DNA of 64,000 bases. Source: Minisyncoccota bacterium (GTDB lineage Bacteria > Patescibacteriota > Minisyncoccia > Phycocordibacterales > UBA9973). Under the pieces are notes generated by a model. That model searched no databases, was not told the origin of the DNA, and saw only the letters and a program-made list of their open reading frames with translations. Position numbers and translations under genes: made by a program. Positions 1 to 8,890 of the stretch are shown piece after piece. Position 1 is the first letter of the stretch. Each line of letters begins with the position of its first letter. The stretch lies in the NCBI GenBank assembly GCA_041662525.1, contig JBAZSF010000001.1, positions 105,383-169,382 on the forward strand. The letters run 5' to 3'.

Positions 1-1
1 A

Positions 2-409
2 ATGACTACTTCAAAAAATTATGATTCGATGGTCAATCAAGTTACAGAAATCTCAAGATCCTTAAAAAGCTTAGCTAAAGAATTAGACGTGCCGGTGCTA
101 GCTCTTTCTCAGCTTAGTCGTGCAGTAGAATCCCGCGGTGGCAAACCTCGCCTCTCTGACCTTCGCGACTCTGGTTCTATCGAACAGGATGCAGATGTCG
201 TAATGTTTATTCACCGCGAAGACAAAGGAAAAGATGAATCAGAAAAAACAAACATTGCTGAAATTTTAGTAGAAAAACACCGCAACGGTCCGACTGGAAA
301 AGTCGAACTTTATTTCGATGAAAAAACTACTACCTTCTTGAACCTTGAAAAAAGTAGTCTAAGCGAATTTGCCCCATCTAAAATAGGCGGAGGACTGGAT
401 GAATTCTAA
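2..409 (+). CDS. dnaB: Replicative DNA helicase DnaB, C-terminal fragment (gene continues upstream of window)
   Basis: Translation carries the conserved DnaB C-terminal RecA-fold motifs 'LSQLSR..E.R....[24 protein letters not shown]'. ORF is open to the window edge. Confidence 0.8.
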   Translation: MTTSKNYDSMVNQVTEISRSLKSLAKELDVPVLALSQLSRAVESRGGKPRLSDLRDSGSIEQDADVVMFIHREDKGKDESEKTNIAEILVEKHRNGPTGKVELYFDEKTTTFLNLEKSSLSEFAPSKIGGGLDEF

Positions 410-1046
410 AATGGACATTATAGAAAAATTAACTGAAATTTTTAAAGAATTCCCCGGCATTGGAGAGAGACAAGCTAAACGCTTTGTTTATTTTCTGATG
501 TCTAGAAATCCTGCTTATGGTGAAAATTTAGCAGAATTGATAAAAGATTTAAAAAAAGAAACAGCCCAATGTAAAGAGTGTTATAGATTTTTTATTTTAA
601 ATTCCAAAAAAGATAACTTATGTAATAATTGCTCCAGTCCCAATACTGATGCTTCCACGTTAATGATTCTAGAAAAAGATTCTGATCTAGAAAGTATCAA
701 AAAAAGTGGTATCTATCATGGAAAATATTTCATCTTGGGCGGGCTAGTGCCAATAGTTGAAAAAACTACCAAAAGCCGAGTACGAATTGAAGAATTAAAA
801 AAGAAAATTTCTTTGGATAATGATTTAAAAGAAATAATTCTAGCTTTCTCTATAAGCCCACAAGGCAACCATACTGACCAATATGTCCGAGAACAATTAC
901 AGGATATTACAGAGAAATTAAACCCTTCGACTACACTCAGGGCAGGCATAAAAATATCTTCTTTAGGCAAAGGCCTCTCTACTGGCACCGAACTAGAATA
1001 CTCTGACAATGACACTCTCAAAAATGCGCTAAAAAATAGACAATAA
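399..1046 (+). CDS. recR: Recombination protein RecR
   Basis: N-terminal helix-hairpin-helix '[16 protein letters not shown]', C4 zinc finger 'CKEC...C..C', Toprim-like C-terminal region, ~200 aa. Overlaps dnaB stop by 11 nt. Confidence 0.85.
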   Translation: MNSKMDIIEKLTEIFKEFPGIGERQAKRFVYFLMSRNPAYGENLAELIKDLKKETAQCKECYRFFILNSKKDNLCNNCSSPNTDASTLMILEKDSDLESIKKSGIYHGKYFILGGLVPIVEKTTKSRVRIEELKKKISLDNDLKEIILAFSISPQGNHTDQYVREQLQDITEKLNPSTTLRAGIKISSLGKGLSTGTELEYSDNDTLKNALKNRQ

Positions 1047-1051
1047 AAAAA

Positions 1052-1069
1052 ATCACCGCAACTGGTGAT
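1052..1069. terminator. Bidirectional rho-independent terminator between convergent recR and rplU
   Basis: Hairpin atcacc-gcaact-ggtgat flanked by an A8 run upstream and a T8 run downstream. Confidence 0.5.
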
Positions 1070-1074
1070 TTTTT

Positions 1075-1401
1075 TTATTTTATAGAAGTAATCTTTACTT
1101 TAAAAAATGGTTGGCGGTGGCCGTTGCGTTTTAGATAGCGGGATTTTTGTTTGTATTTTACAACTAGAATTTTTCGGGCACGGCCGATTTCTGCAATTTC
1201 TCCTGCAACTGATGCGCCTTTGATATAAGGTGTGCCAATAGTGGTGTCTTTGCCATCGTCCACAAGTAAAACTTTATCAAAAGACAACTTGTCCCCCTTT
1301 TTATACTCAACCCCAGTTGTCTTTATTTTCTCAATAGAAACAAGGGTCCCCTCTGAGACTTTGTATTGTTTTCCTCCTGTTTGTATAACTGCAAATTCCA
1401 T
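1075..1401 (-). CDS. rplU: 50S ribosomal protein L21
   Basis: 'MEFAVIQTGGKQYKVSEG' start typical of L21, ~105 aa, basic C-terminus. Confidence 0.88.
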   Translation of the reverse strand: MEFAVIQTGGKQYKVSEGTLVSIEKIKTTGVEYKKGDKLSFDKVLLVDDGKDTTIGTPYIKGASVAGEIAEIGRARKILVVKYKQKSRYLKRNGHRQPFFKVKITSIK

Positions 1402-1454
1402 AAATTACATATTATATGAAATTTCACAAAAAAGCAAGACTTTGTTATACTTAA

Positions 1455-2468
1455 TTGCATATGCAACCAAAAACTATAGAAAAGTATTTTTTCTTCGGAT
1501 TCCTATTTATCATTTTATTTTTCGTTTTTTTAATTTTTCGACCTTTCTGGATTGTACTTGTATTAGGAGCCTCTTTTTCTATAATACTGTTTCCTATATA
1601 TGAATGGCTCAATAGAAAACTTCAAATTTCTTGGTTTGCTTCTCTTTTAACTTTACTCTTTTTCATCGCCGTACTTTGTGCTCCCCTTTTTGGTATTGGA
1701 TCTATAGTCTTTAATCAATCTCAAAATCTTTATCATTCTGTGATAAATAATGGAAATGCTATACCTATTATAAATTCTCTTGGAGAAAAAATTAATCAAA
1801 TATTACCAAGTGGCATAACTTTTGATATAAACGAAAAAATTTCAACTTTCGTTTCTTTTTTAACGAGTAATATTACAAGCATATTCACTTCTACTTTATC
1901 TGTTTTATTCTTATTTGTATTATTACTTTTATCTATTTTTTATTTTTTAAAAGATGGGAAAGAATGGAAGAAGGCAGTGATAAGACTAAGCCCACTTTCA
2001 GATACCGATGATGAAAAAATAATTAGCAAACTTTCACAAACAATAAATAGCGTAATGAAAGGAACTCTTTTTATTGCTCTTGTCCAAGGTATTTTAATGG
2101 GTCTAGGTCTTACTATTTTTGGTGTACAACATGCGGCAATATGGGGTGTAGTGGCAGCTATAACCTCACTGATACCATCTATCGGCACCGCAATGGTTTC
2201 TATCCCAGCTATAATTTTTCTTTTTGCCACAGATCACATCATCTCCGCTATTGGTCTTATGATATGGGCGATACTCGTAGTCGGAACAGTTGATAATTTC
2301 TTAACTCCATACATAATTGGAAAAAAAATAAACATTCCACCATTTATAATTCTTTTTTCTGTTTTAGGTGGAATTGCTCTCTTGGGTCCTGTTGGTATCT
2401 TGATAGGTCCACTTGCGGTGAGTTTACTCTATGTATTAATTGAAATATATCAAAACAAATTTGAGTAA
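1455..2468 (+). CDS. AI-2E family (PerM/UPF0118-like) transporter, multi-pass membrane protein
   Basis: 337 aa, ~8 predicted hydrophobic helices, size and topology of AI-2E family; family call from memory only. Confidence 0.55.
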   Translation: MHMQPKTIEKYFFFGFLFIILFFVFLIFRPFWIVLVLGASFSIILFPIYEWLNRKLQISWFASLLTLLFFIAVLCAPLFGIGSIVFNQSQNLYHSVINNGNAIPIINSLGEKINQILPSGITFDINEKISTFVSFLTSNITSIFTSTLSVLFLFVLLLLSIFYFLKDGKEWKKAVIRLSPLSDTDDEKIISKLSQTINSVMKGTLFIALVQGILMGLGLTIFGVQHAAIWGVVAAITSLIPSIGTAMVSIPAIIFLFATDHIISAIGLMIWAILVVGTVDNFLTPYIIGKKINIPPFIILFSVLGGIALLGPVGILIGPLAVSLLYVLIEIYQNKFE

Positions 2469-2490
2469 CAAGATAAATATAAGATAAATA

Positions 2491-3870
2491 ATGCCATTAA
2501 AATTTTACAACACTCTAACACGAGAAAAAGAAATCTTTACTCCGATTGATCAAAAAGAAGTTCGTATGTATTCCTGTGGTCCAACAGTTTACAATTATAC
2601 CCATATAGGTAATTTGCGTTCTTTCTTTTTTGCTGATCTAATACGTCGTGCTCTTCGATATGAAGGATTTAAAGTAAAGCAAATAATGAATATTACAGAT
2701 ATAGGACATCTCTCTAGTGATGCGGATTCTGGTGAAGATAAAATGACCAAAGGGCTTTTGCGCGAGGGAAAAGAATTAACTCTCGAAAATATGCGTGAGC
2801 TTGCCGAATTTTATACTGAAAGTTTTCGAGCAGATTTAAAAGCATTAAATATCGAAATACCTTCGGGAATGTATTTTGCTAGTGATTATGTAAAAGAAGA
2901 TATCGAACTAATCCAAAAATTAAAAGAAAGAGAATATGCCTATAGCACTAATGATGGTGTATATTTTGATATTTCAAAAATGCCAGACTATGGAGCGCTT
3001 TGGGGTGGTAAAAGAGATTGGAACAAAGAAGGTGCGCGGGTAAATGAAAATTCAGAGAAAAGAAATCCGGAAGATTTTGCTCTTTGGAAATTTAGCAACT
3101 CCATCGGCTTCGAATCCCCTTTTGGCAAGGGTTTCCCAGGTTGGCACATTGAATGTTCAGCTATGGGATTAAAATTTTTAGGAGAACAATTTGATATTCA
3201 CACTGGAGGGATCGATTTAGTTCCGACTCATCACACCAACGAAATAGCTCAATCAGAATGCGCAACGGGTAAAAAACCTTTTGTTAAATTTTGGATGCAC
3301 AGTGAATTTGTTGATACTGGAAATGAAAAAATGTCTAAATCAGCAAATAATTTTTTAAGATTAGATAGCTTGCTTGAAAAAAGCATAAACCCAATAACAT
3401 ATAGATTCTGGCTTTTAATGGCTAGCTACCGCACAAAGGTTAACTTTAGTTGGGAAGCACTAGAAGCATCTGAAACAGCCCTAAAACGCTTATATGGGCT
3501 ATATTTAGAGTTGGGTGATGAGCATGGGCACATACACAAAGAATACCAGAATAAATTCAAAGAATACCTGGAGGATGATCTAGATACCCCACGGGCATTG
3601 TCTTTATTGTGGGATGTTATGAAAGATAAAAACATGTCCGATGGTGATAAAAAAGCTACTATTCTTGATTTTGATAAAGTCCTCGGGCTTGGTTTTGAAA
3701 ATTTAAAAGAAGAAAAAATTCCTGAAGAAATTAAAAAGCTTGTAGATCTGCGTGAAGAAGCCCGTAATAATAAAGATTTTAAAAAATCTGATGAATTACG
3801 AGATAAAATAAATTCTCTTGGTTATGAAGTGAAAGATACTTCTGAAGGTCAAAAAGTTTCCAAGACTTAA
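2491..3870 (+). CDS. cysS: Cysteinyl-tRNA synthetase
   Basis: 'YSCGPTVYNYTHIGNLRSF' (HIGH region) and 'KMSKS' motif; 459 aa. Confidence 0.95.
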   Translation: MPLKFYNTLTREKEIFTPIDQKEVRMYSCGPTVYNYTHIGNLRSFFFADLIRRALRYEGFKVKQIMNITDIGHLSSDADSGEDKMTKGLLREGKELTLENMRELAEFYTESFRADLKALNIEIPSGMYFASDYVKEDIELIQKLKEREYAYSTNDGVYFDISKMPDYGALWGGKRDWNKEGARVNENSEKRNPEDFALWKFSNSIGFESPFGKGFPGWHIECSAMGLKFLGEQFDIHTGGIDLVPTHHTNEIAQSECATGKKPFVKFWMHSEFVDTGNEKMSKSANNFLRLDSLLEKSINPITYRFWLLMASYRTKVNFSWEALEASETALKRLYGLYLELGDEHGHIHKEYQNKFKEYLEDDLDTPRALSLLWDVMKDKNMSDGDKKATILDFDKVLGLGFENLKEEKIPEEIKKLVDLREEARNNKDFKKSDELRDKINSLGYEVKDTSEGQKVSKT

Positions 3871-4448
3871 TTTATTTTGAAAATCTTTTTACGGTAAATA
3901 CAAAAAGCTATTATTATATTTATTGCTATATTGTAAATTCCAAAAGAATAAATAGTAAAAATCCAATTCTTTATAATGAATAATCCTAAAATATTATTAA
4001 AAATGCCCGAAAAATAAACAGTAGACGTTTCGGTTTCCGGAAATTTCCAAGATTTTATAATAGTCGGAACAGCTGCCAAACCATCACTTAATATTGCAAA
4101 TAAAATTGAAATTCCAAGATTGTGAGTAAAGATATAAAAGACTAAAGCTAAAAAAGAAAGTATCCCACAAACTATGTCCAATCTATTTATTTCCCAAATA
4201 GAATTTTTCCTAAAAAGAGAAACGATTATCACTACCACAGGTCCAAACCCAGCTAAAAAAACTGGAAGTACAGAAAGACCAGCTCCGGCTTTAAGCTGAA
4301 AAAATACAGCAATAAGTGGAGCTAGTGCCCAAAGAATCCAAGAAACTAAATTCGGTTTAGTATTACCGTAAAATATATTTTTAAAATAAAAAAAGTACGC
4401 GATTAAGCTAACGATCACTCCGATATAAATAATATTTTCTGGAAGCAT
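3867..4448 (-). CDS. Hypothetical polytopic membrane protein
   Basis: 193 aa, ~6 hydrophobic segments, no recognisable motif. Confidence 0.4.
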   Translation of the reverse strand: MLPENIIYIGVIVSLIAYFFYFKNIFYGNTKPNLVSWILWALAPLIAVFFQLKAGAGLSVLPVFLAGFGPVVVIIVSLFRKNSIWEINRLDIVCGILSFLALVFYIFTHNLGISILFAILSDGLAAVPTIIKSWKFPETETSTVYFSGIFNNILGLFIIKNWIFTIYSFGIYNIAINIIIAFCIYRKKIFKIN

Positions 4449-4452
4449 TTTT

Positions 4453-5571
4453 TTAAATACCTTCTTTTTTAAGTTCTTCTATAATTTCTCTTGATTTGCG
4501 AGAAAGTTTTGATGGTAATTTGATGTTTAATTTTATTAATAAATCCCCTCTTTTGTTTTTTGCAAAAGGTACTCCTTTGCCACGCACACGTAAAATTTCA
4601 TTTATGGAAACTCCTTCTGGAATCGTTACTTCTATTTCTCCATCTAAAGTTTGGATAGGATATTTAACTCCGAGCAAGGCATCAGAAAGTTTTAAATTTA
4701 AATTCATTACTAGATCATTTCCCTCTCGTTTAAACACAGGATGCGGAGCTACATTTATTTTTATATAAAGATCTCCTGTGGTTCCTTTTGAAACTGCTTC
4801 ACCATAACCCGTCATCCGAATCATCTCACCATCACGGATGCCTGCAGGGATAGCAATAGAAACTTCTTCTTCGCGACGAAGCACTCCTTTGCCTTTGCAT
4901 TTATCACAAATTTCTTTTGGTACTTCACCTGCACCTAAACAAACTTCACAGATTTTTGTACTAGCAATATTGCCAAAAATTGTTCTTTTAGATTCACGAA
5001 TTTTCCCCTGACCATTGCAATGTTTGCAGGTTTCCATTTTAGTTCCAGCTTTCGCACCAGAGCCTCCACATGTCTGACATGTGGAAGTTTTAGTAATTAA
5101 AACTTTTCTAGTTATACCAAAAATAGAATCAGCAAAAGAAATCTGAATCTCGGTGGAAATATCTCTTCCTCGACGTGTTTCTTGTCTTCCTCCTCCCATT
5201 CCACCGCCGAAAAAATCACTAAAAATATCATTGAGATTACCCATATCAAAATCTGCCCCACCGTTTTGGAAACCTGAAAAGTCAAAACCTCCGAAACCTC
5301 CTTGCTGTTGTCCTCCACCATACCCTCCTTGTTGCCCCATATTTTCAAAACCTGATCCATACTGATCATATTTTGAGCGTTTAGTATCATCAGAAAGTAC
5401 TTGATAAGCTTCATTTGCTTGTTTAAATTTTGCTTCATTACCATCTTTTTTATCAGGATGATATTTTTGCGCCAACTTATAAAAAGCCTTCTTTATTTCT
5501 TCTTTGGAGGCAGTTTTATTTACACCTAAAATGTTATAATAGTCTTTGTTCATATGATTTTGCAAAATCAT
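4453..5571 (-). CDS. dnaJ: Chaperone DnaJ (Hsp40)
   Basis: J-domain '[32 protein letters not shown]', Gly/Phe-rich linker, four CxxCxGxG zinc-finger repeats. Only 39 nt downstream of ATPase-1 on the same strand. Confidence 0.95.
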   Translation of the reverse strand: MILQNHMNKDYYNILGVNKTASKEEIKKAFYKLAQKYHPDKKDGNEAKFKQANEAYQVLSDDTKRSKYDQYGSGFENMGQQGGYGGGQQQGGFGGFDFSGFQNGGADFDMGNLNDIFSDFFGGGMGGGRQETRRGRDISTEIQISFADSIFGITRKVLITKTSTCQTCGGSGAKAGTKMETCKHCNGQGKIRESKRTIFGNIASTKICEVCLGAGEVPKEICDKCKGKGVLRREEEVSIAIPAGIRDGEMIRMTGYGEAVSKGTTGDLYIKINVAPHPVFKREGNDLVMNLNLKLSDALLGVKYPIQTLDGEIEVTIPEGVSINEILRVRGKGVPFAKNKRGDLLIKLNIKLPSKLSRKSREIIEELKKEGI

Positions 5572-5610
5572 GCCGCGTAATTGTCCTTTAAAACGTAGCT
5601 ATTTTGGCTA

Positions 5611-7113
5611 TTATATCATAGGTTCGGCCTCTTGTGAAGTTTTAGTTTTTATTTCAGAATCATCTTCTTTACTCTCTCCTTCCTCACTTGTTTCTTTTGA
5701 TTTTCTTTTAGCTCTTCCTTCAATAATCGCTTTTTCTTCTGCACTTCGAATAATAGTAGCTTCTTCTTCAGCAATGAGTTTCGCCGCATCACCTTTTGGT
5801 ATTGAATATTTCCTACGAGACGATGCTATAACCTCCTCTCTATAAGATGGATGTGTGGGTGGTAGAATTCGTAGAGTTTCCGCAGAAAATGGATCATAGG
5901 ATTCACCATCAATAGTCATTTTAATATAAAATTCTCCAACTGCGAGATTGATCATGTCTTTCACATCAAAAAGTGGCGCAAATTCTGGTTTCATTTTAAC
6001 TGCATCTTCACCACCAATACGAAAAGTAATAACACTTCCACAATTACCAAGCACGGCTTGATGAATTTTAGGTAAAATTTGCCCGACATACTGATGCGCC
6101 ATGGTTAAATTCAGCGCATATTTTCTCGCCTCTGATAAAATATTTTCAAAAGTCTGAGTAACTACATTTTGAAACTCATCTACGTATAAATAAAAGTCTG
6201 TACGATCTTTTTCTGGGATAGCGGCACGCTCCATGCCGGCTTGTTTTATTTTTGTCAAAAACATGGAACCAAGAAATGAAGAATTCTCTTCCCCCAGACG
6301 GCCCTTGGAAAGATTAATTAAAATAATTTTTTGTTCATTCATCAATTTACTAATATCAATCTTATTTTGCTTTTGTCCAAAAATATTTCGAAGCAATGGA
6401 TCAGATAAAAATTGCCCAAGCTTATTTACAAGCGGAATGATCGCGTCAGTGTCGAATTTCTCAGACCAATCAGCGAATTCAATAGCGAAGAATCTTTTAA
6501 CCATGTCATCTGTAATATATTCCACCACCTTCTGTCTGTAATTTCTGTCGGTCAACATTGAGATCATTCCTCGCATCGTAGCGTGCGGATAGTCGAGCAG
6601 GGCCAAACAAGTAAAACGAAAAACGTGTTCTAGGCGTGGTGTCCAGTTTGCTCCGAATTGTTTTTGAAAAACTTCGATCAATCCCTGTGTTAATTGAAAT
6701 TTAAATAATGGATCAACATTTGCTAAAGGATTGAAAGAAGCTGGGAAATCTAAATCTGTAGGGTCGATAATGCAAACATCTTCGATACGTTCTTTTGGGA
6801 TATAATCAAGAATTGCGTTTATTTCATCTCCGTGCGGATCAATCAAACAGATACCATGACCATAGGTAATATCTTGACGCATAAAAAGCTCAAGTAATTT
6901 ACTTTTTCCAACACCGGACTTTCCAATAATATAAAGATGCCTTCGGCGATCTACTCTTTTAATACCAAAAACAAATTTCTTTTCTTCTAATGAAGCGACA
7001 TAATTTGTTCGCCCAATAAAAGAAGCGTCCTCAGGGTTAACTTTACCAAAAACTGGTAATTCTGGTGGTGGTGGTCCGTATTTTATTATTTGCACTCGAT
7101 TCAGCTTGGACAT
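5611..7113 (-). CDS. Soluble TrwB/TraD/VirD4-like (type IV coupling protein family) P-loop ATPase, paralog 1, no TM anchor
   Basis: Walker A 'IGKSGVGKS', then 'LIDPHGDE...IIDPTD' (compare remembered TrwB 'GATGTGKS..VIVDPNGD..IILNPYD'), Walker B 'DFYLYVDEFQNV', 'TMAHQYVGQ'. No N-terminal hydrophobic helices; acidic Ser/Glu-rich C-terminal tail. Confidence 0.65.
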   Translation of the reverse strand: MSKLNRVQIIKYGPPPPELPVFGKVNPEDASFIGRTNYVASLEEKKFVFGIKRVDRRRHLYIIGKSGVGKSKLLELFMRQDITYGHGICLIDPHGDEINAILDYIPKERIEDVCIIDPTDLDFPASFNPLANVDPLFKFQLTQGLIEVFQKQFGANWTPRLEHVFRFTCLALLDYPHATMRGMISMLTDRNYRQKVVEYITDDMVKRFFAIEFADWSEKFDTDAIIPLVNKLGQFLSDPLLRNIFGQKQNKIDISKLMNEQKIILINLSKGRLGEENSSFLGSMFLTKIKQAGMERAAIPEKDRTDFYLYVDEFQNVVTQTFENILSEARKYALNLTMAHQYVGQILPKIHQAVLGNCGSVITFRIGGEDAVKMKPEFAPLFDVKDMINLAVGEFYIKMTIDGESYDPFSAETLRILPPTHPSYREEVIASSRRKYSIPKGDAAKLIAEEEATIIRSAEEKAIIEGRAKRKSKETSEEGESKEDDSEIKTKTSQEAEPMI

Positions 7114-7137
7114 ATATTAGTTATTTTAACATAAAAT

Positions 7138-8889
7138 CTAGTAAACCTCTTGCTGATAACATTTTTCGCAATACACTATTTCAGGGCGATCGGGAGCATA
7201 GCTCGTCTCAAACTCTATCTCGCACTTACTTGCTCCATGAGAATGATTTGGTTTAGTACACATACAAGACCTATGCCAGAGTTTCATAGGATTACGCATT
7301 TTCAACCTATTTTCATGACGACACAAAAAACATAACCTAGGTAAAGGTACTCCAAGTTTTCGATATAAATTTAATTCATCTATAGTAATTTTATAAGCCC
7401 CTCTACAATAATTACTGAATTTTCCTTTATTTCCACATCCAATAATTTCTTTTGTAATAGAATTTTTAACATCATCTAAATTATCAGGAAAATTTTTTGA
7501 TTCAATTGTTGTTTTATATTCATTTCCTGATCTTTCACGCCATCGATATCCCATTTTAAGTGCCTGTTCCTTCTCTATGGGAAAATAATCTTGTGCCTGA
7601 GTTTCATTGTAGCAAAAAGTAGAAAGTTCACTGGGAAAAAATTCTCCATATTTGTATATAATTCCTCTCTTGTCCACATAGGGTACTTCATTCATTTGTT
7701 CTTTGATTTTTGGAATTAATTTTTCATATTCTTCTTTAAAGTATTGTTTGTTTAAAATACAATATTTTTTATTTCGCACACCAATACAACCAAATAAATT
7801 TGAAGACCCGTGGCAATTAAAAGAATACTCAATATCATTTGAACCATAGATCACACTGCCAAAAAGATTGCGAAAACCGCCTATTCCTGTATCAAATACC
7901 TCATAAAGCATTTCGCCTTCCCCTACTCCAGGCCCAGAATCATAAGCATCTTTAAGACTTTTTACTGACCAATGTGAATATTTTGAATCTTCAATTTGTC
8001 CATTTGCATCAAAACAAATTTTGCAATTTTTTGTACCTTCTAAGTTATCACCTGTTGAATTTACCACCTTTATTTGAACAGCAAAGCGATGCAATGAATT
8101 AAGATATAATTCTTTAAACTTATTTTTAAGTTCTAAAATAGTTTTATAATCTTTAAGATTATATTCAGCTAATTTTCTGTGATATTCTTCCCTAGAAAGC
8201 TGTTCATTCCACATGCAATATGATTTATTGCGCAAATTAGTACAACCAAAACAATCTGTGCATCCTACGCAATCATAAAGAAAATATGAATCTACGCAAC
8301 TTTTACAATTCAGAGAATAAAGTAAATGATAACTGTCCGAACAAATTACATCTTCATAACAAAGCTCAGAACGATTGACAACATATAAATCTGCAGAATC
8401 TTTTGTCCCGGTAATTCTATTAGAATACAAAGTTCTTTCTATTCTCCATGAACCAGAACACATATAGCAGTCCTTGCTAGCTTCTGCGATATTACAATAA
8501 TCGCTATTTGTTGCATTTACATTTGAAAGGGCTTGGAGGGGAATATTATTTCTTAAATTTTTCCACTGTTCAAAAAAAGGTTTAGAAAAATCATATTCTT
8601 TGCCATAAGAAAGCGGATCCCAGCCATCTCCCCACCAAGCATCAGCACAATACACAGTAAGTTTTTCTTCTGGAGGTAAAAAAGAAATAAGCATTTCGTC
8701 ATGACCTGGCGCATCACATTTTCTTTTGAACAAAGACATCTCGTTACGCCAAGTTATACGTCTGATAGTTCTGCATTCCGGACAAAAAGTCGGAGGTGGA
8801 ACTTTCATCTTTTTATAAAAGTTAAAATCCTCTAGTTCGATGACAAAGTCTTGTTTACAATTTTGGCAATTTTTAGTTTCAGAATTCAT
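7138..8889 (-). CDS. Cysteine-rich (~33 Cys) internally duplicated zinc-ribbon protein, paralog 1 of a 3-member family of unknown function
   Basis: 583 aa. N-terminal ribbon 'CQNCKQDF..FNFYKKMKVPPPTFCPECR' and homologous C-terminal module 'LNLYRKLGVPLPRLCFLCR'. Two central Cys clusters each ending 'CFGC..LRNK.YC..N.Q.S.EEY'. Start is 1 nt after the ATPase-2 stop. Confidence 0.6.
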   Translation of the reverse strand: MNSETKNCQNCKQDFVIELEDFNFYKKMKVPPPTFCPECRTIRRITWRNEMSLFKRKCDAPGHDEMLISFLPPEEKLTVYCADAWWGDGWDPLSYGKEYDFSKPFFEQWKNLRNNIPLQALSNVNATNSDYCNIAEASKDCYMCSGSWRIERTLYSNRITGTKDSADLYVVNRSELCYEDVICSDSYHLLYSLNCKSCVDSYFLYDCVGCTDCFGCTNLRNKSYCMWNEQLSREEYHRKLAEYNLKDYKTILELKNKFKELYLNSLHRFAVQIKVVNSTGDNLEGTKNCKICFDANGQIEDSKYSHWSVKSLKDAYDSGPGVGEGEMLYEVFDTGIGGFRNLFGSVIYGSNDIEYSFNCHGSSNLFGCIGVRNKKYCILNKQYFKEEYEKLIPKIKEQMNEVPYVDKRGIIYKYGEFFPSELSTFCYNETQAQDYFPIEKEQALKMGYRWRERSGNEYKTTIESKNFPDNLDDVKNSITKEIIGCGNKGKFSNYCRGAYKITIDELNLYRKLGVPLPRLCFLCRHENRLKMRNPMKLWHRSCMCTKPNHSHGASKCEIEFETSYAPDRPEIVYCEKCYQQEVY

Positions 8890-8890
8890 G

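Noticed and set aside
5153-5365. Pro/Cys-rich 70-aa ORF (PPPIPPPKK...[11 protein letters not shown]) on the plus strand
   Set aside because: It is the antisense reading of the Gly/Phe/Gln-rich linker of dnaJ ([12 protein letters not shown] codons); an artefact of low-complexity coding sequence, not a gene.
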